Shown: positions 49,909 through 55,277 of the stretch, piece by piece
How positions within the stretch are numbered: position 1 is the first letter of the stretch
Layout of the letters: each line of letters starts with the position of its first letter
Source of the DNA: Nemertoderma westbladi
Taxonomy: Eukaryota; Animalia; Xenacoelomorpha
Length of the DNA stretch: 55,277 nt
Assembly: GCA_032718475.1 (NCBI GenBank)
Contig: JAUCBJ010005493.1
Location: 1 to 55,277 of the forward strand
Direction: 5' to 3'
Notes under the pieces: generated by a model
What the model was told of the DNA's origin: nothing
The model's database searches: none
The model's input: only the letters and a program-made list of their open reading frames with translations
Program-made: the position numbers and the translations under genes

Positions 49909-50433
49909 CTAATGAAAGAAAATAGTTGACAATATAAGGTTTCCTGAAATAACTATTTAAGTGGTAGACTTTTTTTGTCGAGTGATATTATTTGGCGAGC
50001 GTAACGACACAAATAAGAAAGCAAGACAAAAAATGTTACTTTTTTTCCACCACTTACGTCGTTTTATTTGTTGTAAGTAATAATAAAAAATGTGTTCTAG
50101 AACAAAAATATTTTTCAAAATTGATAGCTAACACGTGCTCTATAACATTTATAAAAAATAGCAAAAACTAGCTCGTATAAAAAATCAATATCATGGAAAT
50201 TACTTTGAAATTGAATTCAACATTACTTTTTTTTGTTGACAAAAAATGTGTTCTTTTTTTGTCAAACTTGTTAACGATTTTGACAACAAAAGTAACCTAG
50301 AACAAATAAATATATTTTTCTTATTTATGAATATTATTTCAAGGAATATTCTACAGTGTTCTAGAATGTTGTATTAAATAGCATTACATATGAGTACGCT
50401 ATCTTACTGTTGTATATAGGCACATCAACGTAC

Positions 50434-51057
50434 CATCATATGCGTAGCCCGGCGCACAACTATATATGGTAATGTCCCCAGGATCTGCTACACCATCGTT
50501 CGTATAAACTCGTCTCTCATTGGGCCCCGCCATCTCCGGAGGGGCGCAGGTCTTCAGCTCATCGACGCACTCGAAGTCTGGTAGGTCCCAGAGACCATCG
50601 GGCTGACACTGAGCAGACAATAAACCCTTACCGGAGAGCTCGAAACCCTTGGCGCAGTCGAACATAATCACGTCACCTTCAGTGAAGTTCTGATCGCTGG
50701 GGTTGTCCAACATTATCGAGTGTTTTATATGCGTGTGGGATGGCGTGCCACTACAGTAGACAACAGTCTTCTTGCAAAGAAATTCTGGGGATTTAACCCA
50801 GACTCCGTGTCTGTCGCATTGTATTGAGGTTATCGCAGGAAGCAACTCTATCGTGTATCCATCCATACACCGGTAGTAAGCCGTGTCACCGCTTCGGTAT
50901 CCCGTAGCCACCTGCACTAGCTCCGCATTGGCCGGGGCCATCGGCGGCACGTCGCAATCCACAACTTCCTTCTCGCAGGTAAACTTCGGCAAAGGATGCC
51001 AAACCCCCGTGTCCGTACAGCTCAGTGTGATTCGTTTACTTTGCTCCCCGTTAGCAT
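50434..51057 (-). CDS. Exon (phase 1-1), Sushi/CCP repeats
   Basis: Acceptor ccttttgtattag, donor G|GTACGT. CCP motifs such as YRCMDGY...C...GVW...C and FDCAKGFEL...CQPDGLW. Confidence 0.9.
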
Positions 51058-51324
51058 CTAATACAAAAGGCAAATAAAATGTGTAATATTAATGATTCAT
51101 TTAAGTTAGTAATAATTAATAAATTGATTATTGGATGTAAAGTAATTCCCACATACAGTCTCACACCCAACTGTAGTTGAAATTGGCCATATTCATTCAT
51201 CCACTGTATAGATATACACCATAACCCGTAATATAGTGTCATTTTCTGATGACACGGACCCCCCCCCCCCCCCCCAGATTTTTCTACAAATCGTTATCAT
51301 ATTGCTTGAAATTTGAAACACAAC

Positions 51325-51685
51325 TAGTTCAACTCACCGTCGTTGTTACCATGAAGCCGGAATTTTCGATTTCACCTTAAAATTTTTTTTAATAAGCGTT
51401 TTAAAAAAGTGTCTTTTGCGAAATCGCACCCTTTGTATCATTGCCATTCTTCACTTTAGCCGTAATTTTTTCACATCAATAGAAAGCTTGCGTTGCAAGG
51501 ATTCCAAATATGTAAATAAAAAACATATATATATTTATAAATAGAATAAATGGCCTGCAGCGAACGATAATTCTTGCAATCTTTGAACGCCTAAATCTCA
51601 GTTGTTTCTCAACGAAATTCAGATATTGTTACATATTTTGAATCCTTGCAACGCAAGCTTTCTATTGATACAACAAAATTACTAT
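51325..51685. repeat. Dispersed non-coding repeat, copy 2, with a partial inverted copy
   Basis: 51325-51515 resembles 10188-10378; 51595-51685 is the reverse complement of about 10320-10412. Confidence 0.75.
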
Positions 51686-51719
51686 TTTGTTTAAATCTTT
51701 TTTACTGTTTACTGTTTAA

Positions 51720-52151
51720 ATCACTCTCACACCACACACCGCCCCATTCAACCGCCGTCCCTCTGCCATTATTGGAACGAGGCAGGATGGACCACTACGC
51801 GTTGCGGAACCGCCGCCCTCCATTTCCGATGCGGAACGACAGGCGCACATCCATATTGGACGACTCCATCCCTCCGTTACAAAAGAGAACATAATTGACC
51901 ACTTGACGGCAGAGAATATCAGTTTCGACGAGGTTATTCCGATACAACCAAGAGATGATTCAATGTTCATAAGTTTCCACCTTGTGTGTAAACAAGATAA
52001 ACGAGGAATTCTAATGGATCCCTCCCTCTGGAGCCAAGGTATGACTATTCGAAATTACAAACTATCTGAAGAGGAGAGGGCTGCGTTTGGACTCCGTCCC
52101 CGTTCGGCGTACCAAGGGGTCCATCTCCCTCGACGGGATCATGTGGAATGA
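51720..52151 (+). pseudogene. LINE ORF1 C-terminal remnant (5' end apparently missing)
   Basis: Open frame reading HIHIGRLHPSVTKENIIDHL...FISFHL...LMDPSLWSQGMTIRNY, the pattern typical of ORF1 C-termini in several invertebrate LINE clades. Confidence 0.65.
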
Positions 52152-52205
52152 CGCTCTGAACCACGAAAACTGACCGAAACTCCGCAGCCTCCGCTACGAA
52201 TCTCT

Positions 52206-55055
52206 ATGGTAGACTCTACTTTAAAATGTACAGGTTGTCTCAAACCTTACAGGTATAAGGCAAGTCTGCTTAAACATCATAAACATTGTCTACGTTTTAA
52301 CGCTGCAGAAAACTATAAAATATTACAAGCACTCCCGTTTCCACTGATACCCAAACCGTCCAACAACTCCTTCGCATGGAAAGTTATATTATGGAATGTG
52401 GAGGGTGCTAAATCAACAATAGAAACAACTATCGATGATACTTTTGCCGAGACTGATGTGTTGATGCTTACAGAAACATTCGAAGACGATCTTGATATTC
52501 CAGGATATAAAACATACAATATTCCATGCAATAGAAATCAGGGTGCAGGTAGACCAACCGGTGGTATTACGATTGCTGTTAGTGCTGCAAAGAAGGTTGT
52601 GCACAAAGAACTGTTCCGTAGCAATAATATTCTAGGAATAATTTGTGGAGAGTATAACTTCGTTTGTTGCTATTATGAACCGAACACAGATGTATCAGAA
52701 ATTATCTTGGAAATGGTATTTACAATCAACACAATCAAATCCAAAAACTCTAAACCTATCATTATAGGTGGTGATTTTAATTGTCGTCTCGACGGTGTAT
52801 CAAATAGAGGTGAAACACTTTGCTGTGGATTACTTGGGCTCCACTTACACTGTATTAATGACCCGGTACTCCCAACCTACCAATGCTGGAATGGGAATAG
52901 TGTTATTGATCTGTTGTTCGTTGATTCGAATATCCAGGATAATATCAATGAGATTACAGTTATTCCCACATATAACACGAAACACCAGCGAGTAAATGTT
53001 CTCATTGGCAGCAACCACACGGAACTTAAAGATCGCCGAGAACCGGCTATTAGGCGTATCGATGTAGGAAAACTCGCTGAAACGCTACATACCACCGACA
53101 TATCGGAGGCGTTGACGATGGGTGTTGATAAATTATCTGAACTTATCAACGTCTCGATACAAACTGCTGCAATTCCGCCGAAACAACGGAGATCCAAGCT
53201 GTGGTTTGACAAAGACTGCTACCGAATGAAAGGCGAAGTGGAATCCTCGTTCAGAGTGATGCAAGACAATCCGGACAACCAACCAATTAGAGAGCAGCAT
53301 ATGCAAGCTAAACGCAAATACAAGCTTCTAATTATCAAGAAAAAGAAACAATATAAGTTAAGTAAAGAATTCGAAATGCTAGAAAAATGCGAATCAGATA
53401 AATCCGAGTTTTGGAATATTTTGAAAAGTAAACCGCAACCAAAGCCAGTAAGCAACCAAGTTCCTGAGGAACATTGGGTAGACCACTTTACCTCGTTACT
53501 TTCTGCCAAACAACCAACAATCACATTTCCTGATGTGCCGGACACACACTGTCCATCTCTGGACTCACAAATTCTAGACTCAGAAGTCATCGATTCGGTA
53601 TCCAGTCAGAAGCCAAAGAAAGCGACAGGACCCGACGGAATAAGTAATGAGTCTCTAATTAGTGGGTTTATTTATCTCCTTCCATATTTAATTACTCTGT
53701 TCACCATGTGCTTCGAATTCGCTCAATGTCCAATGATATGGCTGTCTGCTTATCTGATATTGCTCTACAAGGGGAAGGGTTCCAAGTCGGCACCCACAAA
53801 CTATCGGGGCATCGCTCTACTATGCCACCAATTGAAATGCTACACAGCAATACTAGCGAGACGTCTATATACATGGGCGGAAACAAATCAAATCTTGCCG
53901 GACGAGCAGTACGGTTTCAGGGAGAACCGTTCCACGCTAATGGCTGTAAAATTGCTTTATGATGCCATAGGTTCAGTGCTATCAGTCAGTGGAGGGTCAA
54001 TTTACTGTGTGTTTATAGACTTTTCGAAAGCGTTCGATACGGTTAATAGAGAGAAACTAATTTGCAAATTATCTTGCCTAGGGGTTAGCCGAAAGTTTTT
54101 GCTAGCTTTATGGTCGATTCTAGCCATAAATTTTGTACGAATTTGCATTGGTGCCTATTTGCTTGATCCAATACCACAAACGGTTGGAGTCTTACAAGGG
54201 GATAAATTGTCCCCCCTTCTTTTTAGTTTATTTATTTCAGATTTACCTTGTTCTATTATTGTAGCAGCCTGTTGGTGTTTATTATACGCAGATGATTTAG
54301 TTATAGTAGGAACAAGCATATCCGATATTCAACAAAGCTTAGATAAATTATATTTATATTGTTTACAAAATGATTTAAAGGTAAATATTGATAAGACTAA
54401 AGTAGTCAAATTTAGAAGAGGCGGTAAACTCTGTCGTAACGATATTTTGTTATATAATGGTGTACATTTAACATTTCAAAACAAGTTTGAATATCTAGGT
54501 GTAGTCTTTTCCACTAAAAATGGTGCTTCTAATCATTATGAACATCTATACAGAAAAGGTTTAGCATGTTGTGTACGTTTAAATGTCAAGATATGCTTAT
54601 CTAGCGTTACTATAGAAACTGCTAAATTACTATGGTTATCAATTGTAATACCAACAATAACTTATGGGTGTAACATCTTTGATAGTAATATTGAAGTAAG
54701 TGATTTAGTACATGTTCAAAAAGTGAGAGGTTTTTACTGGAAACAATGGTGTGGTATATCAAAGTACGCATCAACTTCGGCTATTCTAACTAAAATAGAT
54801 AACCCGCACTCCGACCCAACGGATATCAACCTGGAAGGTCTGTTTGGAGTACGAAGGAGGGTCGCAGCCCAACTGGTAGCCAACGGTTACCATCACAAGT
54901 TCTGCTCGACAAGAAATTGCTGGAGATCGAGCCCACTATGTGTTTGCAATTGGTGTGATAACTCGTGTTCGGAAACCCACCATTACAAGACATGTCCCAA
55001 ACTGCCGAAACTAAGTACACCGTTGAGACAAGCCTTTTACCTCTCAAAATTATAA
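52206..55055 (+). CDS. LINE ORF2, 949 aa: AP-endonuclease, reverse transcriptase and C-terminal Cys/His domain
   Basis: WNVEG, LTET, GDFNCR, SVIDLLF; KATGPDGI, NYRGIALL, QYGFR, FIDFSKAFD, GVLQGDKLSPLLF, LYADDL, YLG; CNWC...ETHHYKTC. Confidence 0.95.
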   Translation: MVDSTLKCTGCLKPYRYKASLLKHHKHCLRFNAAENYKILQALPFPLIPKPSNNSFAWKVILWNVEGAKSTIETTIDDTFAETDVLMLTETFEDDLDIPGYKTYNIPCNRNQGAGRPTGGITIAVSAAKKVVHKELFRSNNILGIICGEYNFVCCYYEPNTDVSEIILEMVFTINTIKSKNSKPIIIGGDFNCRLDGVSNRGETLCCGLLGLHLHCINDPVLPTYQCWNGNSVIDLLFVDSNIQDNINEITVIPTYNTKHQRVNVLIGSNHTELKDRREPAIRRIDVGKLAETLHTTDISEALTMGVDKLSELINVSIQTAAIPPKQRRSKLWFDKDCYRMKGEVESSFRVMQDNPDNQPIREQHMQAKRKYKLLIIKKKKQYKLSKEFEMLEKCESDKSEFWNILKSKPQPKPVSNQVPEEHWVDHFTSLLSAKQPTITFPDVPDTHCPSLDSQILDSEVIDSVSSQKPKKATGPDGISNESLISGFIYLLPYLITLFTMCFEFAQCPMIWLSAYLILLYKGKGSKSAPTNYRGIALLCHQLKCYTAILARRLYTWAETNQILPDEQYGFRENRSTLMAVKLLYDAIGSVLSVSGGSIYCVFIDFSKAFDTVNREKLICKLSCLGVSRKFLLALWSILAINFVRICIGAYLLDPIPQTVGVLQGDKLSPLLFSLFISDLPCSIIVAACWCLLYADDLVIVGTSISDIQQSLDKLYLYCLQNDLKVNIDKTKVVKFRRGGKLCRNDILLYNGVHLTFQNKFEYLGVVFSTKNGASNHYEHLYRKGLACCVRLNVKICLSSVTIETAKLLWLSIVIPTITYGCNIFDSNIEVSDLVHVQKVRGFYWKQWCGISKYASTSAILTKIDNPHSDPTDINLEGLFGVRRRVAAQLVANGYHHKFCSTRNCWRSSPLCVCNWCDNSCSETHHYKTCPKLPKLSTPLRQAFYLSKL

Positions 55056-55277
55056 TTATAATAAATTATTTAATTTTAAATTGCTTTTATCCCGCTTGTA
55101 TCCCATGTAGTAAATAAACTTAAACTTATCAACTTAACTTAACTAACACTTTTATGAAATTGATTTATATATATGCAATGTTTCATGAGTTTCCTGGTTT
55201 TACTTATTTTTATCTATTGGTGTTTTTACCGATTTATTATAATTAGAATAAATATATGCCCCTATGGGGCGCTTGCT

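Larger units (their letters stand above)
1484..51057 (-). other. Partial giant multi-exon gene encoding an extracellular Sushi/CCP-repeat and CCP-LDLa tandem-repeat protein (11 exons found; 5' and 3' ends not identified)
   Basis: Eleven GC-rich exons with GT/AG boundaries and mutually compatible phases, 8169 nt or about 2723 codons in total. Domains broken by introns are restored across every junction, e.g. NVCDK|VEDCTDHWDEISC and CIDK|TDESSCP. Confidence 0.92.
51720..55147 (+). mobile_element. Non-LTR retrotransposon (APE+RT LINE, possibly RTEX-like), 5' truncated within ORF1
   Basis: ORF1 remnant, intact ORF2, AATAAA at 55113 and an (AACTT)n-like tail. No TSD could be identified. Confidence 0.88.

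Noticed and set aside
51259-51275. Poly-C run as a regulatory or G-quadruplex element
   Set aside because: A simple homopolymer at the edge of a dispersed repeat with no further support.

Overview
AT-rich eukaryotic (animal-like) genomic DNA. The backbone is the middle of one very large minus-strand gene. Eleven GT-AG exons between 51057 and 1484 join in compatible phases into about 2720 codons. They encode a long run of Sushi/CCP domains followed by nine tandem CCP+LDL-receptor-class-A units; the gene's start and end were not found in the window. The introns hold most of the unusual content. (1) An intronless plus-strand ORF (5587-6693) resembles a microbial hypothetical protein family and is a candidate horizontal transfer. 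(2) A 12.4-kb array of about 240 copies of a 52-bp unit is made from the gene's own exon end plus 5' splice site. (3) A 19.4-kb BEL/Pao LTR retrotransposon (1185-bp LTRs, AACCT target duplication) carries a nested RTE-type LINE fragment, a nested Sola1-like DNA transposon and a decayed extra ORF region. (4) A 10-bp minisatellite, foldback/MITE-like repeats and a LINE with intact ORF2 are also present. The most novel signal is that the BEL/Pao element has no tRNA primer-binding site. The 12 nt right after its 5' LTR are instead exactly complementary to a 12-mer inside the LTR and are enclosed by a 10-bp U5-leader stem. This is the self-priming architecture known from Tf1-like Ty3/Gypsy elements. 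All coordinates and alignments were read by eye, and family assignments come from recalled motifs, not database searches.
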